Origin: Octopus sinensis
Taxonomy: Eukaryota
Direction: 5' to 3'
NCBI RefSeq assembly: GCF_006345805.1
Contig: NC_042998.1
Coordinates: 164,734,001-164,798,000 of the forward strand
DNA: 64,000 bases
A model generated the notes under the pieces. The model made no database searches, was not told where the DNA came from, and saw nothing but the letters and a program-made list of their open reading frames with translations. Shown here one piece after another: positions 12,742-24,762 of this stretch. Within the stretch, counting starts at the first letter, position 1. Each line of letters starts with the position of its first letter. Made by a program: the position numbers and the translations under genes.

Positions 12742-14006
12742 CAGACATGCAGGAAGTAAATAGACACCTTTAATTTTCAAAATCTTTTATTTAATACGCA
12801 AAGTGAACAATTGAAATGTAATCGATAGGTAGGACTACACACTTTAGTATTTAGTTGACATTCCCTTTGCAGCTTTTAAATCAGAAACTCATTTTGGCTT
12901 TGTGATTGCTTCTTGTGAAATTTCTGTCCACTTTTCATGCAACAATCGAAACAATTCATCTTTAGATTTTGGTTTCTGTCAAGTTTTTCGTATAGCTCTA
13001 TCTAGTATGCTCCAAAGATTTACAATTGGGGTCATGTCAGGAGATTGACTCGGCCAAGGAAGTTTTTTGATCCCATTTTCAGTCAACCATTGTTGATTCC
13101 TTTTCGCTGTGTGGCATGGAGAGCCATCTTCCGTGAATAAAATCTCATTTTTCGTTATGTTATCGTGTGAATACATCGGAAGTTGTCCTTGCTTAAGTAT
13201 TTCGATGTATTTTTCAGAGTTTATGGTTCCAACACATTCCATCAGCTCAGAACGACCATTGCTGGTGACAGCTCCCCATACCATTACATAGATACCGCCA
13301 TGTTTCACAGTTGGCTAGAGTCGTTTCAAATCAAATTCTTGATTGGGAAGCCTCCAGACCCAAACACATCCACTGTCTGAAAATAAGGCATATCTGGATT
13401 CAATTAAAGTAAATCACCCTACCCCAAAGTGAACTAGATTTCTCTGACATTTCCTTAGCCCATTTCTTTCTTTTCATAATATTAATTGGTTGAAGGAGAG
13501 GTTTTCTTTTAGCTGCTCGTCCAAGCTTATGTACCCAAGCCTATGTAGATACGTAACACACGCTCTTGGACTAACTTCTAGCTGTTTTACAATGTCAGAA
13601 GCCTTCGAACGGGGTTCGTTTTCCACAATTCTCTTAAAACAGCGAAGCTTCCTTTCCGAGGGCCCAGGTCGGCCAGGACGAGAATCTGTTGATTCTTTTC
13701 CTTGTCTTTTGAATTGCACTATAATTCTATTAACAGTAGCAAGAGAAATTTGAAGATTTTCGGCAATTTTTCGCTGGCTAAGACCAGCCTCAGATTGCCC
13801 AACAATACTACCTTTTTGAAAATCTGTCAGTTCTGCTGAATTTCTTCGTGCGTGGCATGGTTACTCTTCGCAAATGTTTAATATAAGGGCACCTGGAATG
13901 AGAAAGAATAATTACATTGTAAATTCTACACCGCTGAAAACATATTAAGACGATTAGATCAAAAATTTTGAAAATTAAAGGTGTCTATTTACTTCCTGTA
14001 TGTCTG
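12742..14006 (-). mobile_element. Tc1-family DNA transposon (DD34E type), full length but decayed
   Basis: TIRs CAGACATGCAGGAAGTAAATAGACACCTTTAATTTTCAAAA and its reverse complement at the right end; left TA TSD, right flank TG; internal transposase remnant. Confidence 0.93.
12844..13858 (-). pseudogene. Tc1 transposase pseudogene
   Basis: [12 protein letters not shown] paired-like HTH, GRP hinge, KHGGIYVMVWG, EDGSPCH...WPSQSPDMTPIVNLW with 34-residue spacing; several frameshifts and stops. Confidence 0.93.
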
Positions 14007-14149
14007 TGTATATATAATATGCGTAATACTACGTAGTACGTACATGTATACACACATACATATACATACATATATGTATGTTTGTATGTTGCTTTTGGTG
14101 TAGTTGTGTATATTGTTGCTGCTGTTCTTTTTGTTGTTCCTGCTGCTGG

Positions 14150-14222
14150 TACTGGTGTTGTTGTTGTTGATGTTGACGACGACGACGACGACGATGATGA
14201 CGATGATGACGATGACAACGAC
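14150..14222. repeat. (GTT)/(GAC)/(GAT)n trinucleotide repeats
   Basis: Direct reading. Confidence 0.9.
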
Positions 14223-14729
14223 ATGGTTTCAATGGGATTAAATCGTTAGATTAGATATTCAGATTTCAGATGTTATGGCGAGGAAAAATTAGGCATTCAT
14301 GAATTCAAACTTAATTCCCTGAACAGAGGACATATTAATAACCCCAAAGTGATATCAATACATGTGTCTGGCATCTTTTAAATATTAACGCATGGTCAAC
14401 AATTGACCAAATGATCCAGCCAGTTTTCTCACTTCGGCTAATTATTAAAGCGTGTAACATTTAATAGGTGTTAATATGAATATGTTCCCAAGTCCGGCCA
14501 GCATGTGATTTTGGGTGAAACTGGACAACAAGCAACTACGAACACACATACAAATGCAAATACGCACACATAGACTTTTATGCTATATGTGTGCGTGTAC
14601 ACACGCACACACACATACACACACACACACACATATATGTAGAAGGTTGAAAAGGAAGACACGAGTTGATATATATATATACTTGTGTGCGTGTGTGTGC
14701 GTGTGTGTGTGTGTGTGTGCGTGTATTTG

Positions 14730-14865
14730 AAGGCGCATGGCCTAGTGGGTTGGGGCGTTGCACTCATGATCGCAAAGTCGTGATTTCAATTCCTAGACCG
14801 TGTGCCTCGTTTTTTTTTTGAGTGAAACACTTCATCACACGTCTCTCTGCGATCACTTCGACATC
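14730..14865 (+). mobile_element. SINE family D head, degenerate
   Basis: AAGGCGCATGGCCTAGTGG...CTCATGATCGC...ATTTCAATTCC tRNA-like head. Confidence 0.6.
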
Positions 14866-14871
14866 AGACTA

Positions 14872-15105
14872 CGATTAATACATACATATACGGGTTTCGT
14901 TAAGATAAAATAAGAATTGTCCAAGCAAAAACATATATATATAATTTTTATCCATATTCCATTATTATTATGTTTATATATCTATATGTCCATGTATATG
15001 TTTAGTATTCATATATTTTTATATTTGTATATTTTTATATCTCTAATATATCAATATATATTTCAACTTGGACAATTTTAACTAAACCCGTATATGTGTT
15101 AATCG
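14872..15105. mobile_element. MITE with TA TSD (Tc1/mariner type)
   Basis: TA-CGATTAA..ATATACGGGTTT..AATTGTCCAAG versus CTTGGACAATT..AAACCCGTATAT..TTAATCG-TA; AT-rich interior. Confidence 0.75.
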
Positions 15106-15143
15106 TACTCTGCCTGATTTGAACTTTTTCTATTGTATCCCCT

Positions 15144-15196
<53 letters not shown>

Positions 15197-15378
15197 CATT
15201 TATAGATTGTTTGAAGTGATGTACTGATTGTGTATATAAAGTAATTAGCGTTTTCATCTCGTTTCAGAGACTCATCATATATATGTGTGTGTGTGTGTGT
15301 GCGATGTGTGTGTGTGTGCGTGTGTATGTGTGTGGGTGTAGGTATGCGCACGCGCGTATATATATATATAATATATCA

Positions 15379-16500
15379 GACACAGGTTGTGTGTCGTTGA
15401 CTAGCTGGAAAAGATGTTTTCCTGGGGTTAAAATGTAGTAACATCGATCTATATAGAACAGCCATGTTATAGTGGCAAAAAAAATGTTACCGTCTCGTAT
15501 TGTTACTTCTTATATCTCATTTTGAGCTTTTAGAACTAGTTACTTTACTCCTTACGACTCTCTATTGCTTCTCTGTTTATATATTGTGTGTGTTGGGCCG
15601 ATTAGCTGCCATCTCAATCAGGCAGGTGTCCAGTGCCGATGAAGGGTAAAGACCCAGAAACCATGGTCTACTGAACTCGCCAAGCTGGAGGGGAGTGATT
15701 CACTCCCTTACTCACAATATATTGGACACAGGTTATGTGTTGGTGACCAGCTGGAAAAGACGTTTTCCTGGGATTAAAATGTAATAAACAGAAAGAAAGA
15801 AGAATAAGCGAAGGGAAAATAGAAAGTGTAGAGTGCGCATCTGAATTATTGAGATAAACCTTACTTGGAAATGGATGCGTGGCGATCGATCAAATAATAA
15901 TATAAATAATATATATATTCAGATGCGCACTCTACACTCTCTATTCTCCTTTCGCTTATTCTTTCTGTTTTTCTTCTCTTCCCCCTTCCCCGTTCTCTTT
16001 CTCTCCCTGTCTCCCACACTCTTCCTACTTGACTCTCTCGTTGCTCACACGTGACCAGTGGCTACCATTCTTTTTTCCACTTGCTTTGCAAGACTTAAGG
16101 CCTACTTTTGCCTGTCTCTTGTTACAGCTCCTTTCTCCAGCGTTCACCACTTCACCTCGTTATAGCTTAACAGCCATCACCGTTTGCTTTTACTGTTTTT
16201 TTCTTATTGTCCTGCTTTTGTTACTACTTTAACCCTCCGCAAAAATCCCAAATTTTATTTAATTTGCTTTGCGGGATGGACTGTTTTAACGAAGTCGCGT
16301 CTTGTCCTAACATTCGTGACGCGGAGTAGATAAAATAAGAGACAACTGACGAATGGATTGTTCTTTGTGTTTTCTGTCACATTTCTCTATTTGTTTCTTT
16401 CGTTGTCCGAAAAAAAGTTCGTTTTCCATATTTTTGTTGTTTTTAATGTTCACGTTTTCATTTTGTTCACATTTTTTGACGTCCTTTACCCATATATGCA
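15379..16500 (+). mobile_element. Probable Penelope-like or retrozyme-type non-autonomous remnant
   Basis: 59-bp direct repeats 346 bp apart (15379-15437, 15725-15783), a hammerhead motif between them, an inverted repeat (15787-15846 / 15917-15969), and a tail homologous to 46030-46500. Confidence 0.55.
15627..15678 (+). ncRNA. Minimal type I hammerhead ribozyme motif (U4C substitution)
   Basis: Stem I CAGUG/UACUG, core CCGAUGA, extra A, helix II GGGU(AAAG)ACCC, A-GAAA-C-CAUG-GUC with palindromic ACCAUGGU; predicted cut after 15668. Confidence 0.65.
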
Positions 16501-16551
16501 TGTATATATACATATATATGTAAGTATGTACATATATGTATGTATATATGC

Positions 16552-16590
<39 letters not shown>

Positions 16591-17077
16591 GTGTGTACAT
16601 ACAAATATATATATACACACGCACATACACAATACACAAATGTAAATTCATATAAACGAATATACATATATACACACATATGTGTGTATGTGCATATACA
16701 AACAGGCACACAGACACACACACGGAAACGGACACACACATGCTTAAAACATTTGTATATATACTTATGTAAATGCACATAAAAATATATGTTGTGTACG
16801 CCTTTTGTGTATAAACGCATAAATATACAGTCTCTGCTGACGACGCAGATTCAAAGGCACGTGTTTAACAAAGTATGTGATGATAACATAACCATCGTGA
16901 TTACATACACATGCATTTAAGTATTCGTCATACGGCCTCTGTTGTGAATCCATGTGTAAACTCTATTGGCAGTTGTTTAGACTAGCCACCAGCTTATGTG
17001 TCATACATGGGAATAATAGAACGGACGCATATATATATATATATATATATGAATGTGCACATAAATGCACAGAATAA

Positions 17078-17127
<50 letters not shown>

Positions 17128-17361
17128 TGAAAGCATGCAGTTTTTAAAGATCTACTTCTGTGTACATAAGCATATGGACGCATGCATACACACATACATA
17201 CACACGTACCTACCTACATACATGTATACACGCAAAGAAGCATGGGGCGTGGAATAGTGGATGTTAAAACGATGATGGTAATGATGATGATGATGATGAT
17301 TTTGATAATGATACATACAAAATACATATCTATACATACACAAATATAAGTACACTCATAT

Positions 17362-17393
<32 letters not shown>

Positions 17394-17507
17394 TTATAAA
17401 TATATATATATATATGCATGCATATATATATACATATATGTATATATGTGTGTGTTATTATATATATATATATAATATATATATATTATATATATATATA
17501 TATATAT

Positions 17508-17880
17508 TCTTTTACTCTTTTATTCGTTTCAGTCATTTGACTGCGGTCATGCTGGTGCACCGCTTTATCTGAACAAACCGACCCCAGTTGTAAGGACAAT
17601 ACTTATTCTCTGTGTCTCTTTTGTCGAACCGCTAAGTTACGGGGACGTGCACACACCAACTTCAGTTGTCAAGCGATGGTGGGTGGACAAACACAGACAC
17701 ACAAACATACACACATATACCCGACAGGCTTCTTTCAGTTTCCGTCTACCAAATCGACTGAGAAGGCTTTGGTCGGTCCGAGGCTATAGTAGAAGACACT
17801 TACCCAAAATGCCACACAGTGAGACTGAATCCAGAACCATGTGGTTGGTAAGCAAGCTACTTACCACATACCCACTCCAA
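17508..17880 (-). mobile_element. SINE family A, full length
   Basis: Reverse-complement match from tail to head. Confidence 0.9.
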
Positions 17881-18064
17881 CATGGTATGTATACATATAA
17901 TGCATACACGTGCACAAACACGCACATAGAGACAGACACACACACGCAAACAGAAACGTATACACAGACACACACACACAGACACATCCTATACTATATA
18001 AATCATATTTGTAAGTAAACACTTGCAGATATAGAATCATTCCGTAATAAAATGGTAATATACG

Positions 18065-18130
<66 letters not shown>

Positions 18131-18724
18131 ATATGTTTGAATGTATGTAAGTACACACACACACACACACATATGTATATATATATATATATATAATATG
18201 ACAAACAGGCATTTGGTCTCGTTGCAAATACAACCACCGAGACCATTCCAAGGCTTAAGAAGAAACGATGTAAAAAGTGAACGTAGCATTACTCTATTAA
18301 CTGCATTCGGTTCCATCCTCTTTAAGCTTCGAAAGATGACTTATAGTGACAGAGAAAATGATTCAAAAGTCAAAATGAAGAGATTGTTTTTGATCAGACG
18401 GAATAGCGTTAAAAGGAATTTTATATATTGGTAAAGGAGAGTGGAAGATCTAGAATGAGCGAGTTCATAGTCACGCATCTAAACGTTGCATATCTATAAA
18501 TGTAAATGTAAATGTGTGTGCTTGTATATGTGTATGTATGTGTATACATTTATAAAGGAGAGGCAGAGGTTGTGTGTATATTTTATGTAAGTTTATGAGT
18601 AAACTAGTGAACATAGAAAACATTCAATGCAATTCAATTCGTTCATTCATCCATTGTTTAGTATTGTCTCATTGAATAGACGAATTACTGACACAACATT
18701 AAGTGGACAAACATTGCCATACCC

Positions 18725-18737
18725 TATATGTATATGC

Positions 18738-18803
<66 letters not shown>

Positions 18804-18822
18804 TCATACATATATATATATG

Positions 18823-18864
<42 letters not shown>

Positions 18865-18916
18865 TGTATGTACATGTGTGTGTGTGCATCTAAATATGCG
18901 CTTATATATATATATA

Positions 18917-18958
<42 letters not shown>

Positions 18959-18965
18959 ATAATAT
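18725..18965. repeat. (TA)n-rich microsatellite
   Basis: Direct reading. Confidence 0.95.
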
Positions 18966-19103
18966 ATTCGCAAAGAGAAAGAGAGTGACAAGCACAAAGG
19001 CGAAAATGATAGATAGAAAGCAAATAATCGTGTGAACTGGAGTAAAGCAGATACATTTCTATTTATCAACCTAATTCTCTTTCATATACAAATATATATA
19101 TAT

Positions 19104-19145
<42 letters not shown>

Positions 19146-19167
19146 CATATGTGTATGCATGAATATA

Positions 19168-19670
19168 AAGGGTGTTCGGGCTAAATTTGACAGTTTGCAA
19201 GAAAGGGAAAAGAAAACAATATCCCATCCTAAAATAACCAAAAATAACATTAAAAAATGCAAACTAGATTATGGTTTACTCAATGTAGCCGTACTCAGCT
19301 TCCACCAGGGCCTTGAGACGGTTCCGGAACCTGGTGCATGCGTTTTTCATTGTTTCACTGCAACGATCTTCGAACATCTCCTTGATCATGGCCACCAGCT
19401 CAACCTTGGTGTTGAAGGTAGAGTGGTTGCAGTCTTTCTCAACCATGCACCACACATAGTAATCAGTGGGATTACAATTGGGGAGGTTTGGAGGCTAGAA
19501 ATCGGCGCAAAGTGAAGCCATAGAAATTCTCCGACAACCACTTCTAACTCATTACGGAGGTACGGTATGGAGCCGAATCCTGCTGCCACACATATGGTCT
19601 TCCAGCAGCAATCCATTCCAGTCGGGATTTGACCACAGTCTCTCTTTGCCGTAGCCAGTCACTTCTTTTC
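19168..19670 (-). mobile_element. DD37D (maT-type) transposon, 3' half with one TIR; transposase pseudogene fragment
   Basis: TA-AAGGGTGTTCGGGCTAAATTTGAC end; minus strand VWQQDSAP...(W)PPNLPNCNPTDYYVW with 37-residue D-D spacing after one frameshift correction; C-terminus RFRNRLKALVEAEYGYIE*. Confidence 0.85.
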
Positions 19671-20487
19671 CTTCTTCGTTGTGTCCAATGTCTCCTTTGC
19701 GAGTGAGAGCGCAAGCTGGACAACTTTAAAAATGAGGATTTGGTGAGATATGGATATCTGATGAATGCTTGAATTTAATATTAAGTTTTTTGCATTGCTG
19801 TATTCATAATCGTTATTAACTATGACGCATTGGTAGTTTTATTCCATGTTTGTTCTTATGTAGATTAGTAGATTTGTTGAAGTTTAGGAGCGTGATCTGT
19901 CTTACTCTTTGCTATAACCATTATGTGCAGATGGCGTCTACACTCATGAGTACACAAATACATGCTTATAGAACAGAAGTACACCTATCATAAATCCTAA
20001 TAATTCACTCACTTTCTGTTTATGTTGAAGCAAATTAGTCTAAAAGTAAGCAAGAAACGAAGGTGATTGTGAGAAATAGCGACTGACAGACACTCTGTGT
20101 GAAAGCCAAGCCAAGTTAAAAAGATTGAGATAGCTATGTGTGAATACGTTTTGGTAAATGGTGCAGAAATTGCTGCAATCAAATGTTTCAAAAATCTGTT
20201 TCAGGAATATAATACATGAAGTGATATATAATAAATTTCAGAAATAGAAACAAAAAGAAACATTATCCATTATTCACTCATCCTATTAATTGCTTTGTTT
20301 TAGATGAATTCCTTGAAGAAATTACCTTTGTATTTTGTGAGAGAACAGGTACAACTATGATGTAGAATAGTAATTTTGTCAATGTCTAAGAGCTTATGAA
20401 AAGGAACTATTTTCGTATTTGTATCAGCCTATTTGCTATCAAATTATCAAGTTTAATTGAATATGATACATGATTCTAAATATCGAT

Positions 20488-20890
20488 GCGTGTGTAGTAA
20501 GAAGCTTGCTTCCCAACCACATGGTTCCAGGTTCAATCCCACTGCGCGGCACCTTGGGCAAATGTCTTCTACTATAGCCTCGTGAGTGGATTTGGTAAAC
20601 GGAAACTGAAAGAAGCCCGTCTTATATATATGAATATATCTTTGTGTGTGAGTGTATCTGTGCCTATGTTTGGTTCCCCCTACCATCACCACTTGACAAT
20701 CAGTGCTGGTGTATTTATGTCCACGTAGCTTAGCCGTTCAGCAAAAGAGTTACAGAATAAGTACCAAGCTTCAAAGAAAAACAAATAAGTACTGGAGTCG
20801 ATACATTCTGCTAAAAAAATTTCCTCAAGGCGGTGCCCCGGCATGGCTGCAGTCTAATGACTGAAACAAGTAAAATGCAGAAGATAAAAT
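20488..20890 (+). mobile_element. SINE family A
   Basis: Head, body and tail match other copies. Confidence 0.88.
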
Positions 20891-21242
20891 ATATATGTAA
20901 TTAAGTAGCGTGCACATTTTCTGGAAAAATTCCTTTCTTAAGAAATGTGATTGTGACTTATCTTATGAATGCAGAGTGTATCTCACCGGTTTCTAACTTA
21001 TATCCCTTACAACATTTCGACGTTTCGAGTATAGTGCCGTCAACTATCTACCACCAGCATTAACCATGTTCTGTCTTATAAAGAATTACTAACCGTTATT
21101 TCTTGGCTTATTTCCAAAGTTTTGTTCACTTTTAACATTACAGAAGAAACAAGGCGTGAAAACAATAACCGAACATACATTTCTATTGATTATGAAACTT
21201 TGCTTGTTTCTTTAAAGGTTTAGTCACTATTCTGTGCAGCTT

Positions 21243-21472
21243 AAGGCGGCGAGCTGGCAAGCCAGGGAAATGTTTAGCAAGCCAGGGAAATGTTTAGCAA
21301 GCCAGGGAAATGTTTAGCGGCATTTACGTTCTGAGTTCAAATTCTGCAGAGATTGACTTTGCCTTTCATCCTTTCGGGGTCGATAAAATAAGTACCAATT
21401 GATCATTGGAGTCAATTTAATTGACTTCCCCCGAAATTGCTGGGCTTTTGTACTAAAATTTGAAACCACTAT
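21243..21472 (+). mobile_element. SINE family B monomer with internal 20-bp triplication
   Basis: AAGGCGGCGAGCTGGCA head; (GCAAGCCAGGGAAATGTTTA)x3 at 21257-21318. Confidence 0.88.
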
Positions 21473-21914
21473 TTCATGAAGTTACATAAATAGAAATACT
21501 TCTTGTTTCAAAGCAAAACAACATTGCACCATAGAATATATGAACAAAAAATATGTGACGAAAGATTTCCAGACAATGGGCATAAGATAAAATAGAAACA
21601 ATAATAAACGAATGAAGAACGAATATATAGTGCGTGTGTTTATTTGGCAAGGAAAACAATGACCACTCCGAAATATAACAATACAGATTATTATTTCACC
21701 TCATATAAATGTCCCACTTCAAGTAATATCACTGAATACGGCATAATCTTTAAAATTCCTCCATATTCTTCTACAAGACTTGTTTTTCTCTTTAGGTCAT
21801 GTTTTCGCTTTCGCTCTAACTACACTGGCAAATAAGGAGTAAGAGAGAAAATGAGAAAATGGAGTGGCATGAATGGATAGATAGACAGATAGATGGATAA
21901 ATTGATTGATAGAT

Positions 21915-21920
21915 AGAGCG

Positions 21921-21980
<60 letters not shown>
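21915..21980. repeat. (AG)n microsatellite
   Basis: Direct reading. Confidence 0.97.
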
Positions 21981-21984
<4 letters not shown>

Positions 21985-22545
21985 CACGTCTAAGCTTTAC
22001 CAAACACATTAATCATAAAGAGATAAAGAAAAAAACTACTCGGAAATTCCATCTCTCCGTTTTTTCACCGCGGTTACAACTACAACAGTACATCGCATCT
22101 ATACCTATTTTTTTGTTAAGAAGAATGCTATGGAAGTGATAAAGAATATCTCGTCTCTCCCTGTCTATCTGTCTCTTTGTCTGTCTGTCAGTTCCTCTTT
22201 TTCTCTCTCTCACTCTCTCTGTCTCTCGCTCTTTTCCTGTACCATGCTTACAAGTATAGGCGATTATGGCACTTTATGCCCTCCTGTCCCATACGCAGTT
22301 TTGCTCTTTATTACGGAAGCTGTCTAGAAAGATCAACGGGAATCTTCTCACTCTCCTCGCTCTCTCTCTCTCTTTCTTCCCCCTCTCTCTCTTTCTTCCC
22401 CTCTCTCTCTCTTTCTCCCTCTATCTCTCTCGCTCTTTCTCCCTCTCTTTCTTTCTTTGTGAGTGTGTATGTCATCTCTCGCGTCCGTTCTCCTTTCAGT
22501 TTCTTAGTTGTCAGCAGATATCTTATGATAATTCTGCTTGTTCCG

Positions 22546-22694
22546 CCGTTACTTAGCCCATCCGTAACGCTTCCACCTGATTAGTTAAAGGGGGGTGAGA
22601 GGGCTCTCACAGAGTGTAATTTTTTTCTGAACTAAGTTTTTTTCCTTCCGTTACTTAACCCGTCCGTGACGCTTTCACGTGATTAGTTGAAGGG
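22546..22694 (+). repeat. 47-bp imperfect direct repeat pair in an unclassified element
   Basis: CCGTTACTTAGCCCATCCGTAACGC...TTAGTTAAAGGG (22546-22592) versus CCGTTACTTAACCCGTCCGTGACGC...TTAGTTGAAGGG (22648-22694). Confidence 0.8.
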
Positions 22695-22814
22695 AAAGAA
22701 AAAGGAGAGAGAAAAGCTGGTAAGGCGAAGAGTGAGAGAGAGAAAAGGAGAGTGGTGTGTATTAAGTCTATAAAATTGTGCATAAATTATATAAATTATA
22801 TTTTTGCCTGCTGA

Positions 22815-22948
22815 TGGGTTGGAGCAAGGTGAAATGTTCTTTGTTCAAGATACAAAGCCATATCCCGATCTCGAAATCGAAACTACAATCGTACAATATT
22901 GAGTCCAATTTGAGTCCAACACCTTAACCACTAAGGCAGGCGCCTACA
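22815..22948 (-). mobile_element. SINE family D fragment
   Basis: Reverse complement AGGCGCCTGCCTTAGTGGTTAAGGTGTTGGACTCA...GTTTCGATTTC. Confidence 0.6.
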
Positions 22949-23080
22949 CTCAAACACCACGCATATACGTATATATATATATATCCATATATATATATAT
23001 ATATAGGTATACATATATTTATGTATATATGTATATATTTATATATGTATGTATGTATATATACGTATATATATGTACAT

Positions 23081-23149
<69 letters not shown>

Positions 23150-23178
23150 TATACATATATCTATACACACATATGTAT

Positions 23179-23209
<31 letters not shown>

Positions 23210-23444
23210 GAATCTATATATAATATCTATATATTATATATATTATATGTGTGTGTTTATCTGTGTTTGTGTGTATATATGTATATTATATGCTTCTATG
23301 CACGCTATTATAAAACTTTCATGTTTGGAAATTCACCAAGAATGAGTAAACGGATTGCATTGCTGGTCTCACTTAAAAGAAAATCTTGATGTACGCGCTC
23401 GAGTACGAGTGAGCGTGTATGTGTGTGTGTGCGTGTGTGGGAGA

Positions 23445-23497
<53 letters not shown>

Positions 23498-23839
23498 TGA
23501 GACAGTTGTGTATATTTGTGAGTAGATGTGTTTGTACATCATAATAATTTTAGTTGCTTTCGAAAAGAAGAGACCGGATGCAGGTGAAGGCCATATTTCT
23601 TTCGCAAGTCATCGCCACCTGGCAAGCATAAGTATGCACTTCTTGAATGCTTACTCTACCAGCTCTTGCGACGTACATCCTGTGGCAGTATGATTGATGC
23701 ACTCTGTTGATACCTACACCAGATCACAACTGTTTGTTTCTTAGTCAGGAGTAATTTTACGCATATTTCAGTGTTTCGTTTGCCCGTTGTTTTTTGTTTA
23801 ATTCGGTCGATTTTTATCTATTTTCTGACATCCTGATTC

Positions 23840-23910
23840 ATCCCACACACATACATACACACATACATACATACATACATACATACACACATACACACAT
23901 ATACACATCA

Positions 23911-23942
<32 letters not shown>

Positions 23943-24330
23943 CACACATACATATATAAATACATACATACACACATACATACACACATACATACATACA
24001 TACATACATACATACATACATACACACATGCATATATAAATACATTCATGCATACATACATACATACATACATACATACATACATACACACATACATATA
24101 TAAATACATTCATGCATACATACATACATACATACATACATACATACATACATACACACATACATATATAAATACATTCATGCATACATACATACATGCA
24201 TGCATGCATAATTCATACATACATACATACATGCATGCATGCATACATGCATGCACGCATGCATACATACATACATACATACATACATACATACATACAT
24301 ACATACATACATAAATACATACATACGTAT
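23840..24330. repeat. (CATA)n array with higher-order 64-68 bp units
   Basis: CATATATAAATACATTCATGCATACA recurs at 24031, 24095 and 24163. Confidence 0.97.
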
Positions 24331-24541
24331 GTGTGTGGTGTGTTTGTAGGGATAATGACTGTTTGCATGAAGATAGGTTTATAAACACATGTGTTTACGA
24401 AAATCAAAATTTAAAGAAAAATTTATGTTTTCCATTTTTTCTTTCTCTTTTCGTAAGACATAACATTAATTTTCATTTTTATTGCGTGTACTTCGTTTTA
24501 TTTTTTTAATAATTTTTGTTGGCATCATTCGTTTTGTCGTT

Positions 24542-24762
24542 ACTGATGATGATGATGATGATGATGACGACGACGACGACGATGATGATGATGAGGATGA
24601 TGATGATGACGATGACGATGGTGATCACGACAACAACGACGATGACGGCGACGATGATGATGATGATGATTGATGATGAATATGATTATGATAATGATAA
24701 TGATGACGATGATCACGACTATGATGGTGATGATGATAATGATGATCATGATGGCGATGGTG
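24542..24762. repeat. (GAT)/(GAC)n trinucleotide repeat
   Basis: Direct reading; source of the poly-D, poly-M and poly-H ORFs. Confidence 0.97.

Noticed and set aside
16830-16870. CTGACGA motif followed by a CACGTG palindrome
   Set aside because: The GAAA core is absent.
20304-20348. 45-bp plus-strand exon-like segment (DEFLEEITFVFCERT)
   Set aside because: Weak donor (GTACAA), no partner exons and no recognisable homology.
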